The translations under genes were made by a program, and so were the position numbers. A model generated the notes under the pieces. It saw only the letters and a list, made by a program, of their open reading frames with translations, made no database searches and was not told where the DNA came from. A stretch of DNA of 64,000 nt from an uncultured Ignavibacteria bacterium (lineage in GTDB: Bacteria > Zixibacteria > MSB-5A5 > WJJR01 > JAJRUJ01), in NCBI GenBank assembly GCA_964461835.1, contig CAYWVO010000002.1, forward strand, positions 23,600-87,599, read 5' to 3'. Shown here piece by piece: positions 29,267 to 40,263 of the stretch (within the stretch, counting starts at the first letter, position 1; every line of letters begins with the position of its first letter).

Positions 29267-31138
29267 ATGTTTGTCCTTGGCACAGCCGGGCATGTCGATC
29301 ACGGCAAATCCGCCCTCGTTCAGGCCCTGACCGGCATCGATCCCGACCGCCTGCCCGAGGAAAAAACACGCGGCCTGACTATCGATTTAGGCTTTGCCTG
29401 GTTTAATACCAGTGACGGCACACCCATCGGCATTGTGGATGTCCCCGGTCATGAGCGATTTGTCAAGAACATGATTGCCGGGGTGGGGGCTATCGATTTT
29501 GTTTTGTTCGTGGTAGCCGCTGATGACGGCTGGATGCCACAATCGACTGAACACCTGGATATTCTACGATTTCTTGATATCAAGCATGGTTTGGTGGCGG
29601 TCACCAAAGCGGATCTGGCTGCTCCGGACTGGTTGGAACTTGTCGTTGATGATATCAAAGATAAGACCGCCGATACCTTTCTTGCCGGGGTGCCCGTTGT
29701 CCCGGTGTCAGCGGTAACCGGGGAGGGAATTAATACCCTGCAGGCAGAAATCGAGTCGTTGGTCACCCGGATCGATCGCCGGAAAGATATCGGCCGGCCG
29801 CGACTGTATCTTGACCGCGCGTTCACCATCGCCGGTCGCGGAAGTGTGGTGACCGGGACATTGATTGAGGGGTCGCTTACTGTCGGCGATGAAGTCGTAC
29901 TGGTCCCATCGGCCAACACAGCGCGGGTGCGCGAACTGCAATCGCATAAGCAAAAAGTCGATGCGGTAGGGCCCGGCCGACGGGTAGCGGCGAACCTGTC
30001 AGGTGTGGAACGCGGCGAACTCGCGCGTGGCGAATGCCTTGTTCGCCGGGATGATGCTGATACGTATTCGTTCGTCATTGTTTCGCTCTCATTGCTGGCG
30101 GAGTCGCGGTGGTCGATTAAGACTGGTCGCGTGTTGTTGGCACTGCTGGGTACCGCTGAACCGGAGGCCACCTGCCGTTTATTGGACACCGAGGAGATTA
30201 AACCAGGAACAACCGCGCTCTGCGAACTGCGATTGGCGCATCCAATTAAAGCGCGAATCGGTGACCGATTTGTGCTGCGTCTTCCCACACCGGAGATTAC
30301 TATCGGCGGTGGGCAAATCCTGGATTTCCCGGCGTATCGCATAACGCCCTCCAACACCCAATATCTCGAATTGCTCCGGCGGCGGTTTGACGATCTCTCA
30401 CTGGCCATCATTCTCAATACTGAGATGGAAAAGCATCAATGGTTGGCGAAAAGCGCAGTGCCGTCAGATATCCGTTTCTCGAATACTGAGGTTGCGGAAA
30501 CTATCGCTGAATTTCTTGCCACTGGAGCCTGGCGCGAAATTGGCGGCGGCTACCTCAGCACTGAACTGGCTGAGCGACACAAGGAACGGGCACTGAATAT
30601 TCTCAAGCAGCGGCATCAAGAGGTCCCTTACGCATACGGGTACAATGAGATCGAGTGGCGCAACCGGGTCAAAATTCCGGGCGAATTATTTCGGGCCCTG
30701 ATCAATTCCTGGCTTGCGGAAGGGAGCATCAAGGTCAAGGACGGGCAGTATCACCTTCCCGACTTCCGTCCGACTTTCCCCACTGCCTGGAAAGATGAAG
30801 CGGCGAAGCTGAAGGCCATGGTTGAACAGGGCGGCATGTCGCCGCCGACACGCAGTGAACTGGAAGCGGAAAGCGACAATGCCGGAAAAATCATCAATAT
30901 GTGGGTAACTACGGGAGAGATGGTGAGTCTACCGGATGGCATCATTTATCCCACAAACGCCATCGATGAAATAATAGAAAAGATCAAGCAGCATTGTGGC
31001 GAACACGGCTCGATAACCGTGGCCCAAGCCCGCGACCTGCTTGACACCACCCGCAAATATACGGTTCCAATCCTGACCTACACCGATGACCGGGGTTTAA
31101 CCAAGCGGGAAGGTGATATCCGCGTGTGGGTCGGGTAA
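29267..31138 (+). CDS. selB: selenocysteine-specific translation elongation factor SelB
   Basis: N-terminal GTPase ([24 protein letters not shown]), EF-Tu-like domains II/III, and C-terminal winged-helix SECIS-binding repeats. 623 aa. Confidence 0.9.
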   Translation: MFVLGTAGHVDHGKSALVQALTGIDPDRLPEEKTRGLTIDLGFAWFNTSDGTPIGIVDVPGHERFVKNMIAGVGAIDFVLFVVAADDGWMPQSTEHLDILRFLDIKHGLVAVTKADLAAPDWLELVVDDIKDKTADTFLAGVPVVPVSAVTGEGINTLQAEIESLVTRIDRRKDIGRPRLYLDRAFTIAGRGSVVTGTLIEGSLTVGDEVVLVPSANTARVRELQSHKQKVDAVGPGRRVAANLSGVERGELARGECLVRRDDADTYSFVIVSLSLLAESRWSIKTGRVLLALLGTAEPEATCRLLDTEEIKPGTTALCELRLAHPIKARIGDRFVLRLPTPEITIGGGQILDFPAYRITPSNTQYLELLRRRFDDLSLAIILNTEMEKHQWLAKSAVPSDIRFSNTEVAETIAEFLATGAWREIGGGYLSTELAERHKERALNILKQRHQEVPYAYGYNEIEWRNRVKIPGELFRALINSWLAEGSIKVKDGQYHLPDFRPTFPTAWKDEAAKLKAMVEQGGMSPPTRSELEAESDNAGKIINMWVTTGEMVSLPDGIIYPTNAIDEIIEKIKQHCGEHGSITVAQARDLLDTTRKYTVPILTYTDDRGLTKREGDIRVWVG

Positions 31139-31268
31139 CTTGGGCAGACACAATTCTCCCTCGACTCATATCACTCCTCATTTCCTCCCTCCTGAAAATT
31201 CCACCTGATCTGCCGCGGCTTCTCTGCTATATTGGTGGCTCGGGGCGACAATTAATGGGCGAGAGTTT

Positions 31269-32870
31269 ATGACAAAGACCACAGACAATGCGCTGCTCAT
31301 CTACGGCGGACCGATTGTCACCATGCATGCCGCCAAGCCGCAGGTCGAGGCGGTGGCCGTCCTGCACGGCCGGATCATCTGGACCGGCAATCTGGTTGAT
31401 ATTCCGCATATCCCTGGGATCCGGTGGAAGCGGGTTGATTTGCATGGCTGCCTAATGATTCCGGCATTTTGTGACGCGCACACCCATTTTGTGTACACCG
31501 CCCTGGGAAAGACCCGGATCTCACTGGCCGGCACACAAAGTCTGGCAGCCGCCGGAAAACGTATCCAGGCGGAGCTGCAACATTCACCGAAGAAGGGATG
31601 GGTGCAAGGGTCAGGATTTAACGTCAACGATTGGCCGGAAGGGGAGATTCCACACAAGAAGTATCTTGCTGCGATTATCCCTGATCGGCCGGCGGTTTTT
31701 TCGTCTAAAGACGAGCATGCCCTCTGGGTCAATTCGCAGGCGCTGCGCAAAGCCGGGATCACCGCTGAAACACCCGATCCTGAGGGAGGAGTAATTCACC
31801 GGGACCCGGAAAGTGGCGAACCTACCGGGTATCTTACCGAGAATGCCTGCCGGCTGGTGCGCGATGTCATACCGCCGCCTTCGCAGGCGCGGCAGGAACG
31901 GCTGGTGCGGGATGCGTTTCTGGATGCCTATCGCGAGGGAGTGACCAGCATCCACGACGTAGGTTCTGACCGCTCCTTTGCCGTATTTCAATCTCTCTAC
32001 TTGAAGAAGAAATTACAATTGCGTGTTCTCCACGCGCTGCCGGTGGAAACGATGGACGGCATGGCCGCCTCCGGATTCCGTTCGGGGTTGGGCGATGAAC
32101 TCTTAAGGATCGGCGCCCTCAAGGTATTTTTGGATGGCGCCTTGGGTTCGCATACCGCCCACCTCAAACGCCCCTACACCAGCGAACGCAGCAGTCGCGG
32201 TGTGTCGGTTTTTTCGGCAGATGAGTTTACTGACCTCGTAGGCCGGGCCTTTCGTGCCGGGTGGGCAATTGCGGTGCATGCCATCGGTGACGCGGCGGTT
32301 CGGCGAGCACTTGATGGATTTCTCAAACATGTCCGTCGCAGGCCAAAGGCTATCGCTTCACGTATTGAACACGCGCAGTTGATCGATCCGGATGATCTCG
32401 CCGATTTCGCCCGCTGCGGCATTGTCGCCTCCATGCAACCGTCGCACCTGCTGACTGATCGAGATACGGCGATCAAACACTGGGGAACACGTCGCGCCCG
32501 GTGGTCCTTCCCCTTTCGCTCACTTCTGAATGAGAGAATACCACTCGTGTTTGGGTCTGATACCCCAATCGAGCGGCTCCGGCCACTGGAGGGGATTCAC
32601 GCCGCGGTAAACCGGTCCAGGCCGGGCGATGAGCGAGGACCCTGGACGCGCGCGGAGGTTCTGTCGGTTTATGACACAGTCTACGGGTTCACGGTGGCCG
32701 CAGCAGAGGCTTCCGGAGAGCAGGACACCAAAGGTACTGTCTCTCCGGGGAAGGTGGCCGATTTTGCCGTACTTTCAGATAATATCTTCGAGACGGAGCG
32801 TGCAAATATCATGCAAACCAGCGTGATCATGACCGTATTTAATGGGAGAGTGGTGTATTCTGCGCTCTGA
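31269..32870 (+). CDS. amidohydrolase-3 family metal-dependent hydrolase
   Basis: HxH metal-binding motif near the N-terminus (FCDAHTHF), VHAIGD and a C-terminal Asp (FGSDTP), typical of Amidohydro_3/YtcJ-like enzymes. 533 aa. Confidence 0.75.
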   Translation: MTKTTDNALLIYGGPIVTMHAAKPQVEAVAVLHGRIIWTGNLVDIPHIPGIRWKRVDLHGCLMIPAFCDAHTHFVYTALGKTRISLAGTQSLAAAGKRIQAELQHSPKKGWVQGSGFNVNDWPEGEIPHKKYLAAIIPDRPAVFSSKDEHALWVNSQALRKAGITAETPDPEGGVIHRDPESGEPTGYLTENACRLVRDVIPPPSQARQERLVRDAFLDAYREGVTSIHDVGSDRSFAVFQSLYLKKKLQLRVLHALPVETMDGMAASGFRSGLGDELLRIGALKVFLDGALGSHTAHLKRPYTSERSSRGVSVFSADEFTDLVGRAFRAGWAIAVHAIGDAAVRRALDGFLKHVRRRPKAIASRIEHAQLIDPDDLADFARCGIVASMQPSHLLTDRDTAIKHWGTRRARWSFPFRSLLNERIPLVFGSDTPIERLRPLEGIHAAVNRSRPGDERGPWTRAEVLSVYDTVYGFTVAAAEASGEQDTKGTVSPGKVADFAVLSDNIFETERANIMQTSVIMTVFNGRVVYSAL

Positions 32871-32947
32871 GCCGGGGAGACCATGGTGAAGAGTTTGAGG
32901 TTGACAGGTGGCCAGGTACAGGCGACCTTATCGGCGGGGAACTATTC

Positions 32948-34237
32948 ATGAGGATGAAAATATCTCTGGCGGCGGTTGTGATTGCCGTCACGCTTTTGGC
33001 CATTTCAGCCCTCGGTGATCCCGCGGCCGAGGTGGATGTCCTCACCTGGCAGGGGGCAATTGGCCCGACAACGCTGCGCGTGATCGAAGCCGCCGTCGCC
33101 GATGCCGAGTTGCAGGGTCGGGAGGCCTTCGTCCTGCAGTTGGATACTCCCGGCGGACTAGTCACCTCTACTCGTGACATTATCAAAATTTTCCTCAACG
33201 CGAATGTGCCGATCGTGGTGTACGTGGCGCCGGATGGCGCGGGAGCCGCATCGGCGGGAATGTATATTACCATCGCGGCCCATATTGCGGCCATGGCCCC
33301 GAGTACGAATATTGGCGCTGCGCACACGGTCGGCCCGCAGGGAGGAATCCAGGATTCGGTCCTCAATGAAAAAATCGAACAGGATGCCGCAAGCTATGTC
33401 CGCGCAATAGCCGAACGGCGCGACCGGAACATCCAGTGGGTGCAGGACGCTGTCCTGAAGAGTGTGTCGATCACGGCCAGTGAGGCGCTCGATTCCAATG
33501 TTATCGACGTGGTCGCCGAATCGATGGATGATCTGCTGGAGCAAATTGACGGAGAAATCCTTCTCCTCCCCACCGGGCCGGATACTCTCCAGACCGCCGG
33601 CGCCACGACGAACCCTATCACGCTCTCGCTCAAAGATCAAATATTAAAAATCATCACCTCACCGGAGATTGCCTATATTCTGCTTTCGTTGGGTGGATTC
33701 GGTATCATGATGGAATTGATGCACCCAGGGACCTGGGTACCCGGCACTGTGGGAGCAATCTGTCTCATCGTTGGTTTTTACGGTTTGCAACAACTGCCAC
33801 TCAATTATGCGGGGTTAGCCCTCATTTTCCTTGCCTTCATCTTATTTGCGCTGGAGATTAAAGTCATCAGCCATGGAGTGCTCACCGTTGGCGGGGTGGC
33901 ATCGATGTTGATCGGCTCGTTGATGTTGATCGATTCACCGGACCCGTACATGCGCATTTCCCTGCCGATCATTTTCGCGGTGGTCGGTGTGATCAGCGGT
34001 GTTTTTATTTTGGCCATTATCCTGGCCATTCGCACGTATCGGCGAAAACCCACAACCGGTGGGACGGGACTTGTCGGTCAAATCGGCACCGTGCGTAAAA
34101 AACTCGATCCTGACGGCATGGTCTACGTCGCGGGTGAATACTGGAAAGCAATCGCAGATACTACGATCGATGTAGGAACATCGGTTAAAGTCGTAGCCGT
34201 CGATGACATGATCCTCAAAGTCGAACGGCTCGTCTAG
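32948..34237 (+). CDS. NfeD-family membrane-bound ClpP-class serine protease
   Basis: Signal/TM, then a ClpP-like domain ([16 protein letters not shown]...[10 protein letters not shown]), several TM helices and a C-terminal OB-fold NfeD domain. Immediately followed by an SPFH gene, the canonical NfeD-stomatin pair. Confidence 0.75.
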   Translation: MRMKISLAAVVIAVTLLAISALGDPAAEVDVLTWQGAIGPTTLRVIEAAVADAELQGREAFVLQLDTPGGLVTSTRDIIKIFLNANVPIVVYVAPDGAGAASAGMYITIAAHIAAMAPSTNIGAAHTVGPQGGIQDSVLNEKIEQDAASYVRAIAERRDRNIQWVQDAVLKSVSITASEALDSNVIDVVAESMDDLLEQIDGEILLLPTGPDTLQTAGATTNPITLSLKDQILKIITSPEIAYILLSLGGFGIMMELMHPGTWVPGTVGAICLIVGFYGLQQLPLNYAGLALIFLAFILFALEIKVISHGVLTVGGVASMLIGSLMLIDSPDPYMRISLPIIFAVVGVISGVFILAIILAIRTYRRKPTTGGTGLVGQIGTVRKKLDPDGMVYVAGEYWKAIADTTIDVGTSVKVVAVDDMILKVERLV

Positions 34238-34248
34238 GAGGAATTGAC

Positions 34249-35031
34249 ATGGGAGTTGTCCAACCTGGTTTGATTACGGCAGTCATTGTCTTACTATTCG
34301 TGCTGGCCAATGCCATTCGCATACTCAAAGAATATGAACGCGGCGTTGTCTTTCGCTTGGGACGACTGGTCGGGTCGAAGGGCCCTGGGCTGATCTTGCT
34401 CATCCCCATCATTGATAAAATGGTGCGCGTCGATTTGCGGGTGGTGACTATGGATGTTCCGCCCCAGGATGTGATCACCCGTGACAACGTTACCGTCAAG
34501 GTCAATGCGGTCGTATATTTCCGCGTGATGGAATCCAATAAGGCCATTGTCAATGTAGAGAATTACCTGTTAGCGACCTCGCAGATTTCCCAGACCACGT
34601 TGCGCTCGGTCCTGGGCCAGGTTGACCTGGATGATTTGTTATCCAACCGGGAACATATTAATCAGCAATTACAGCAAATCATTGACGACCAGACCGAACC
34701 ATGGGGTATCAAAGTTTCGGTGGTTGAGGTAAAGAACGTCGATTTACCGCTGGAAATGCAACGTGCCATCGCCCGGCAAGCCGAGGCCGAGCGGGAACGC
34801 CGGGCAAAAGTCATTCACGCCGACGGTGAATTGCAGGCATCGTCGAAACTTACGGAAGCGGCACAAGTAATCGCCAAAGAGCGAAGCGCCTTGCAACTGC
34901 GTTTCCTGCAAACCCTGACTGAAATCGCCTCGGAGAAAAACTCGACCATCATCTTCCCGTTGCCGATGGATTTAATCACGCCATTTTTGACACAGGCCAA
35001 AGAGATAACGGAAAAGACTGAGTCCGAGTAA
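34249..35031 (+). CDS. SPFH/band-7 (stomatin/HflC-like) protein
   Basis: N-terminal TM followed by an SPFH domain ([18 protein letters not shown]...[28 protein letters not shown]). 260 aa. Confidence 0.8.
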   Translation: MGVVQPGLITAVIVLLFVLANAIRILKEYERGVVFRLGRLVGSKGPGLILLIPIIDKMVRVDLRVVTMDVPPQDVITRDNVTVKVNAVVYFRVMESNKAIVNVENYLLATSQISQTTLRSVLGQVDLDDLLSNREHINQQLQQIIDDQTEPWGIKVSVVEVKNVDLPLEMQRAIARQAEAERERRAKVIHADGELQASSKLTEAAQVIAKERSALQLRFLQTLTEIASEKNSTIIFPLPMDLITPFLTQAKEITEKTESE

Positions 35032-35055
35032 CGCTGGATCTTGTTGTTAACCAAC

Positions 35056-35180
35056 CCACCTGTCGCGGTGAATCCTGACGGATTCACCGCTGTAGGTGGG
35101 TTTACACGAATCCGGAGCGTGCACGCACAGGTATCCCACCTATAGCGAGCGGCTGCTTACAGCCGGGAGCGACAGGTGGG
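35056..35180 (+). repeat. multi-hairpin element bounded by an 11-bp inverted repeat (CCACCTGTCGC...GCGACAGGTGG) enclosing three hairpins
   Basis: Perfect hairpins GGTGAATCC-tgac-GGATTCACC (35067-35088), GCTGTAGGTGGG...CCCACCTATAGC (12 bp with one G-U, 34-nt loop) and CGGCTG-ctta-CAGCCG. Further related motifs (AGGTGGG repeated 4 times, GGGGATTACG twice) and a second hairpin GTTTTGAGTC-cgtcag-GACTCAAAAC extend to about 35330. Confidence 0.5.
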
Positions 35181-35352
35181 GGATTACGGCTCCACCTGCC
35201 GTTTTGAGTCCGTCAGGACTCAAAACTTTAGGTGGGATACACATTTCTTCGGGTTCCACTTACCCGTCCCCCAGTTCCAATGACTGCTCCTCCTGCGGCG
35301 TATGTTTTTCTTTGTCGGGGATTACGAAGGTCATCTCATGGCCCCATTTTCA

Positions 35353-35381
35353 TTGACAAGGGTATAGCCAGGGGGCATACT
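35353..35381 (+). promoter_or_regulatory. putative sigma-70-type promoter of glnA (TTGACA -17- CATACT)
   Basis: Perfect -35 TTGACA at 35353-35358, 17-nt spacer, then a -10-like CATACT. A GAAGGAG RBS lies 5 nt before the glnA ATG at 35411. Confidence 0.3.
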
Positions 35382-35410
35382 CGCCACGTAGTGGTTTGAA
35401 GGAGCGGTGC

Positions 35411-36736
35411 ATGGTAAAAACTAAAGAAAGCGTTCTCGCCAGTATCGATCAGGCCGGGGTTAAGTATATCCGCTTGTGGTTTACCGACATCCTCGGTCGT
35501 TTGAAAGGGATGTCAATCACCCGGTCAGAAATTGAGGAAGTCCTCGAAATGGGACAGGGATTTGACGGATCCTCTATTGAGGGTTTCGTGCGCATTGAGG
35601 AATCGGACTTAATGGCGATTCCCGACCTGAAATCGTTCCGCGTAATCCCCTGGGAAATCTCCGGCGAACGCGTGGCCTCGATTTTCTGCGATGTCCAAAA
35701 CCCCGACGGGACTCCCTACCAGGGCGACCCCCGCTCAGTGCTCCGCCGAACCTTAAAGAAAGCTGAAGATCAGGGTTATACCTTCTACTGTGGGCCGGAG
35801 ATCGAATATTTTTATTTTCGTTCGCCAGAATCGCCGGAGCCACTTGATCAGGGCGGGTATTTCGACTATGCCACTATCGACGAAGGGACCAAGGCCCGCA
35901 AGAAAACGGTCAACTCTCTCGAACGCCTAGGTGTGACCGTGGAGTGCTCTCACCACGAAGTAGCACCGTCACAGCATGAAATCGATTTGAAATACCAGGA
36001 AGCGCTGGTCATGGCCGATTTCACCATGCTCTATCGGTTGGTAGTCAAAGAAGTCGCCATGGAAAAAGGCCTTTATGCGACGTTTATGCCCAAACCGATC
36101 CAGGCGCAAAATGGCTCGGGTATGCATACGCATATGTCGTTATTTAAAGGGGAGACCAATGCGTTTTTCGCGCAGGATGACCCGTATCACCTCTCCGCGA
36201 CCGCGCGGCATTTCGTTGCCGGCATCCTGACTCACATTCGGGAAATCACCCTGGTGCTGAATCAGTGGGTCAACTCCTACAAACGGCTGGTCGCCGGCTA
36301 TGAAGCGCCGGTGTATGTGTCGTGGGGGCGACGCAATCGCTCGTCGCTGGTGCGGGTGCCGATGTATCGGGTGGGGAAGGAGAAGGCCACCCGCGTCGAA
36401 TTGCGTTCGCCCGACCCCTCGTGTAATCCGTATCTGGCCTTTTCGCTGATGTTGGCTGCAGGGTTGCGCGGTGTCGAGCAGAAATACGAGCTGCCGGAAC
36501 CGATTGAAGAAAATATTTTCCATATGGACTTCGAGACCCGGAACCATCTTCAGATCGAATCGCTACCCGATTCACTCGAAAACGCCATCTGCGTTTTCTC
36601 CGAATCGACGTTGGCCCGGGAGACGCTGGGCGATCATATTTTCGAATCGCTGATCGCCAACAAACAAGTTGAGTGGGACCGCTACCGTCAGGCAGTCACC
36701 TCCTACGAGTGGGAGCAGTACCTCCCGGTATTATAG
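35411..36736 (+). CDS. glnA: glutamine synthetase type I
   Basis: 442 aa. GS catalytic motifs (PKP...NGSGMH, VRVP, ELRSPD) and the conserved N-terminal beta-grasp. Start set at the ATG at 35411, which has a perfect SD. Confidence 0.9.
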   Translation: MVKTKESVLASIDQAGVKYIRLWFTDILGRLKGMSITRSEIEEVLEMGQGFDGSSIEGFVRIEESDLMAIPDLKSFRVIPWEISGERVASIFCDVQNPDGTPYQGDPRSVLRRTLKKAEDQGYTFYCGPEIEYFYFRSPESPEPLDQGGYFDYATIDEGTKARKKTVNSLERLGVTVECSHHEVAPSQHEIDLKYQEALVMADFTMLYRLVVKEVAMEKGLYATFMPKPIQAQNGSGMHTHMSLFKGETNAFFAQDDPYHLSATARHFVAGILTHIREITLVLNQWVNSYKRLVAGYEAPVYVSWGRRNRSSLVRVPMYRVGKEKATRVELRSPDPSCNPYLAFSLMLAAGLRGVEQKYELPEPIEENIFHMDFETRNHLQIESLPDSLENAICVFSESTLARETLGDHIFESLIANKQVEWDRYRQAVTSYEWEQYLPVL

Positions 36737-36753
36737 GGGATTCACTGAGCGCA

Positions 36754-38187
36754 ATGGACCTTTGCCATCTCTCGCTTTCGGATATGTTGGAGGGGATGGT
36801 ACGCGGTCAGTTTTTCGCGCGTGAACTTACCGACGCCGTTTTGACGCGGATTGCCGAACGTCAGTCCCTTAACGCTTTTATCACCGTGGTTGACAAATCG
36901 GCCCACGCCCAGGCCCGCGAATCTGATAAGCGTTACCAAAACAAACACCCACGCCCACTTGAGGGCATCCCGATAGCGATCAAAGACAACATTTGTACCA
37001 GTAATCTCCGTACCACCTGCGCCTCACGAATGCTGGCCGATTTTGTCCCCCCATACGATGCAACAGCAGTTACGCGATTGAAAGAGGCCGGGGCGGTCAT
37101 CATTGGCAAGACCAACCTGGATGAATTTGGGATGGGATCATCCAGCGAATACAGCCATTTCGGAGTTGTCCATAATCCTCATGATCCTGACAAGACACCC
37201 GGCGGGTCATCCGGCGGTTCCGCCGCCGCCGTGGCTGATTTCCAGGTCCCCGTTGCTTTGGGGGCTGATACCGGTGGGTCAATCCGGCAGCCGGCGGCGT
37301 TCTGCGGAGTTGTAGGACTCAAACCAACCTATGGCGCTGTCTCCCGCTATGGATTGGTGGCCTACGTCTCTTCCTGCGATCAGATCGGGGTCATTGCCCG
37401 GTCAGTTGCGGATTGCCGAACGGTATTTGAGGTAATCCGTGGACCTGATCCGTTGGACAGTACATCAGTAGAACTTATGAATGGCAATAAGGCCGGCTCA
37501 CCGAAAGCGATCGAAGAATACACAATCGGTATACCTGTTGGGTGGAACGACGAAGAATTACAACCAACCATTCAAGAACAGTACGATAAGACCAAAAATT
37601 TTCTGCGCAACGCCGGCTGTCACCTGCGAGAAGTTTCCATTCCCCGAATTGCCCATAGTGTGCCGACGTATTACATCATCGCCATGGCAGAGGCGTCCGC
37701 GAACCTGGCCCGATACGATGGTGTCCGGTATGGTCGTCGTGCAAAACTTTACCACGACCTGGAAACGCTGTATGAGCACACACGCACCGAGGGACTCGGG
37801 GAGGAAGTCAAACGGCGCATACTCCTCGGCACCTTTGTTCTCTCAGCGGGATACTACGACGATTATTACCTGCGGGCGCAGAAGGTGCGGGAGCTTATCC
37901 GCGGGGACCTGAAGCGTGTTTTTGCAAACTGTGATTTCCTGCTAACTCCGGTGACGGCAACTACCGCTTTTGCTCTGGGCGAGAAAACCGGTGATCCGGT
38001 GGAGATGTATAACTGCGACGTCTACACGGTACTGGCTAATCTGGCGGGCGTACCGGCGATGTCTATTCCGGTCGGCAAGGTCGACGGCCTGCCGGTAGGT
38101 ATGCAAATAATCGGGCCGCATGGTTGCGAAGATACGCTGCTCCATTTTGCGGAAAACGTTGAACGCCTGATGAGCGGTGAACCATGA
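36754..38187 (+). CDS. gatA: Asp-tRNA(Asn)/Glu-tRNA(Gln) amidotransferase subunit A
   Basis: Amidase signature ([15 protein letters not shown]...T). About 478 aa. Start at MDLCHL avoids overlap with glnA. Confidence 0.9.
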   Translation: MDLCHLSLSDMLEGMVRGQFFARELTDAVLTRIAERQSLNAFITVVDKSAHAQARESDKRYQNKHPRPLEGIPIAIKDNICTSNLRTTCASRMLADFVPPYDATAVTRLKEAGAVIIGKTNLDEFGMGSSSEYSHFGVVHNPHDPDKTPGGSSGGSAAAVADFQVPVALGADTGGSIRQPAAFCGVVGLKPTYGAVSRYGLVAYVSSCDQIGVIARSVADCRTVFEVIRGPDPLDSTSVELMNGNKAGSPKAIEEYTIGIPVGWNDEELQPTIQEQYDKTKNFLRNAGCHLREVSIPRIAHSVPTYYIIAMAEASANLARYDGVRYGRRAKLYHDLETLYEHTRTEGLGEEVKRRILLGTFVLSAGYYDDYYLRAQKVRELIRGDLKRVFANCDFLLTPVTATTAFALGEKTGDPVEMYNCDVYTVLANLAGVPAMSIPVGKVDGLPVGMQIIGPHGCEDTLLHFAENVERLMSGEP

Positions 38188-39641
38188 TTGCTGAAGCAGC
38201 CAAACAAACGGATTATCGGCCGAAAATCGGACTGGAGATACACGCCCAACTGGCCACCAAGTCGAAAATGTTTTGCGGCTGCTCGGTGGATTTCGGGGCT
38301 GACCCGAACACGCATGTTTGTCCAGTCTGCATGGGATTACCGGGTGCGCTGCCGGTGGTCAATCGCCATGCGGTAGAATTGGCCATACGCCTGGTGCTCG
38401 CAGTTGGCGGACAAATCCGGGAGAACAGCCTGTTTGCCCGAAAAAATTATTTCTACCCGGATTTGCCGAAAGGCTATCAGATATCGCAGTACGAATACCC
38501 ACTGGGTCTTGGCGGATTGATCCGCTATGTGTTTGACGGCCAGGAACGCCGGATAAATCTGACGCGGGTTCATCTCGAGGAGGATGCCGGCAAACTCGTT
38601 CATGAATCTTCAGCAGGGGCAGGCAGCCTCATCGATTTCAACCGCTGCGGCGTGCCGTTGGTGGAAATTGTCTCCGAACCTGAGCTACTGTCTCCGGTTG
38701 ATGCCAAAGCGTTTTTGCAGAAAATCCGGCAAATCCTTAATTTCCTTGGTGTATGTCGGGGCGGAATGGAGGAAGGGGCGTTCCGTTGTGATGCCAATAT
38801 TTCCCTGATCCCCGACAAATCGGAGGATTCTGGTATCCGAACAGAGATCAAGAACATAAATTCCTTCCGTGGGGTCGAGCGGGCATTAACGGCCGAGATC
38901 GATCGCCAGCGCACGGTTATGCAATCCGGAGGATCGGTGGAAATCGAAACACTCAACTGGAACGATCATCAGCAGATTCTCGAATCAATGCGCGCCAAAG
39001 AGGAATCGCCCGACTATCGTTATTTTCCCGAGCCGGATTTGCCGCCGTTGCAGATCGATCCCAGTTGGATTGAGCAACTCAAAGCCAACCTGCCGGAACT
39101 CCCCGATGCTATCCGCGAACGACTAATTTCCCAACATAATCTCTCAGCGTATGATGCCGAAATCCTGACCTCCTCACGCGCATTGACCGATTACTATGAG
39201 GAATTGCTGGCATATAACTGTGATGCTCAAAAGGCCGCACACTGGATTGCCAATGAGCTGCTTTCATTTATCGATATTCGATCACTTTCTCCTGAGTCAA
39301 CGCGTATTCCGCCAAAAGAATGTGCGTCATTACTTAAACTGGTTAATCAAGGAGCAATTTCCCGAACCGCAGCCAAGCAGGTTTTTGCCACGATGTGGGA
39401 AACGGGCAAATCCGCCGAATCTGTCGTCGCAGAAATGGGTATCGAACAGATTTCTAACCCGGCACAGATAGCTCCGGTAGTGGAGGATATCCTCAAGCGT
39501 CACCCGGACGAAGTAGAGGAATACCATGCCGGAAAGCGAAAACTATTAGGCTTTTTCGTCGGACAGGTAATGAAGCACTTTAAGGGCCGGGCAAATCCGC
39601 AGGTAGTGAACCGGCTTATTCGTGAGAAGTTGGATTTTTAG
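38184..39641 (+). CDS. gatB: Asp-tRNA(Asn)/Glu-tRNA(Gln) amidotransferase subunit B
   Basis: GatB N-terminal motifs (GLEIHAQL...KMFCGC) and a C-terminal YqeY-like domain. Overlaps gatA by 4 nt. Confidence 0.9.
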   Translation: MIAEAAKQTDYRPKIGLEIHAQLATKSKMFCGCSVDFGADPNTHVCPVCMGLPGALPVVNRHAVELAIRLVLAVGGQIRENSLFARKNYFYPDLPKGYQISQYEYPLGLGGLIRYVFDGQERRINLTRVHLEEDAGKLVHESSAGAGSLIDFNRCGVPLVEIVSEPELLSPVDAKAFLQKIRQILNFLGVCRGGMEEGAFRCDANISLIPDKSEDSGIRTEIKNINSFRGVERALTAEIDRQRTVMQSGGSVEIETLNWNDHQQILESMRAKEESPDYRYFPEPDLPPLQIDPSWIEQLKANLPELPDAIRERLISQHNLSAYDAEILTSSRALTDYYEELLAYNCDAQKAAHWIANELLSFIDIRSLSPESTRIPPKECASLLKLVNQGAISRTAAKQVFATMWETGKSAESVVAEMGIEQISNPAQIAPVVEDILKRHPDEVEEYHAGKRKLLGFFVGQVMKHFKGRANPQVVNRLIREKLDF

Positions 39642-40259
39642 ATGGCATGCAATGTGGCAGCACTGGTCTCTGGGTCAGGAACCGACTTACAATCAATTCT
39701 GGACGCCGAGAAGGACGGCCGGCTTTCGGCGCAGGTGCGAGTAGTCATTTCAAATAAAGCTAACGCCTATGGCCTGGAGCGGGCGCGCCAGGCGGAGATT
39801 CGGACCGAGCATATTTCGATAAAGACCGAAGGTTCCTATGATGCCGTCGGCGAGCGTATGCTTGAGGTTTTTCGGGAGGAACAGATCGATCTGATTGTCT
39901 TGGCCGGGTATCTTAAGCTGGTCCATCCCATGGTCATTGAGGCCTATGAGCGCCGTATCATAAATATCCATCCCGCCCTCTTGCCCAAATTCGGGGGAAA
40001 GGGTATGTATGGCATGCGGGTGCACGAGGCGGTCATCGCGGCAGGAGAAAATGTTTCCGGGCCGACGATCCATTTCGTCGACGAAATATTTGATCATGGA
40101 GAAATCATTGCCCAGCGAAAGGTCCCGGTACTGCCCGATGACACCCCGGAGAAATTACAGCAGCGTGTGCTTGAGGAAGAGCATAGATTGCTGCCGGAGA
40201 CGGTGGCTAGACTGGCGCGAGGTGAAATCCCGCTGGGAGTCCTGAAGAACAAGGAGTGA
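39642..40259 (+). CDS. purN: phosphoribosylglycinamide formyltransferase
   Basis: 205 aa. Formyl-transferase motifs (VLISG.GTN, INIHPALLPKFGG, HFVDE..D.G). Confidence 0.85.
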   Translation: MACNVAALVSGSGTDLQSILDAEKDGRLSAQVRVVISNKANAYGLERARQAEIRTEHISIKTEGSYDAVGERMLEVFREEQIDLIVLAGYLKLVHPMVIEAYERRIINIHPALLPKFGGKGMYGMRVHEAVIAAGENVSGPTIHFVDEIFDHGEIIAQRKVPVLPDDTPEKLQQRVLEEEHRLLPETVARLARGEIPLGVLKNKE

Positions 40260-40263
40260 TGCG

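Noticed and set aside
29449-30417. 322-aa minus-strand ORF antisense to selB
   Set aside because: A Ser/Arg/Pro-rich shadow ORF typical of high-GC DNA. The plus strand encodes a full-length, motif-complete SelB.
35091-35106. Calling the TGTA-N8-TACA palindrome an NtcA site and hence a cyanobacterium
   Set aside because: The motif is real, but other features argue against cyanobacteria: the T9SS-type CTD, the bacillithiol genes, the Sec machinery, and its distance (~300 nt) from the glnA start. It is reported only as a CRP/FNR-family-type palindrome within the structured element.
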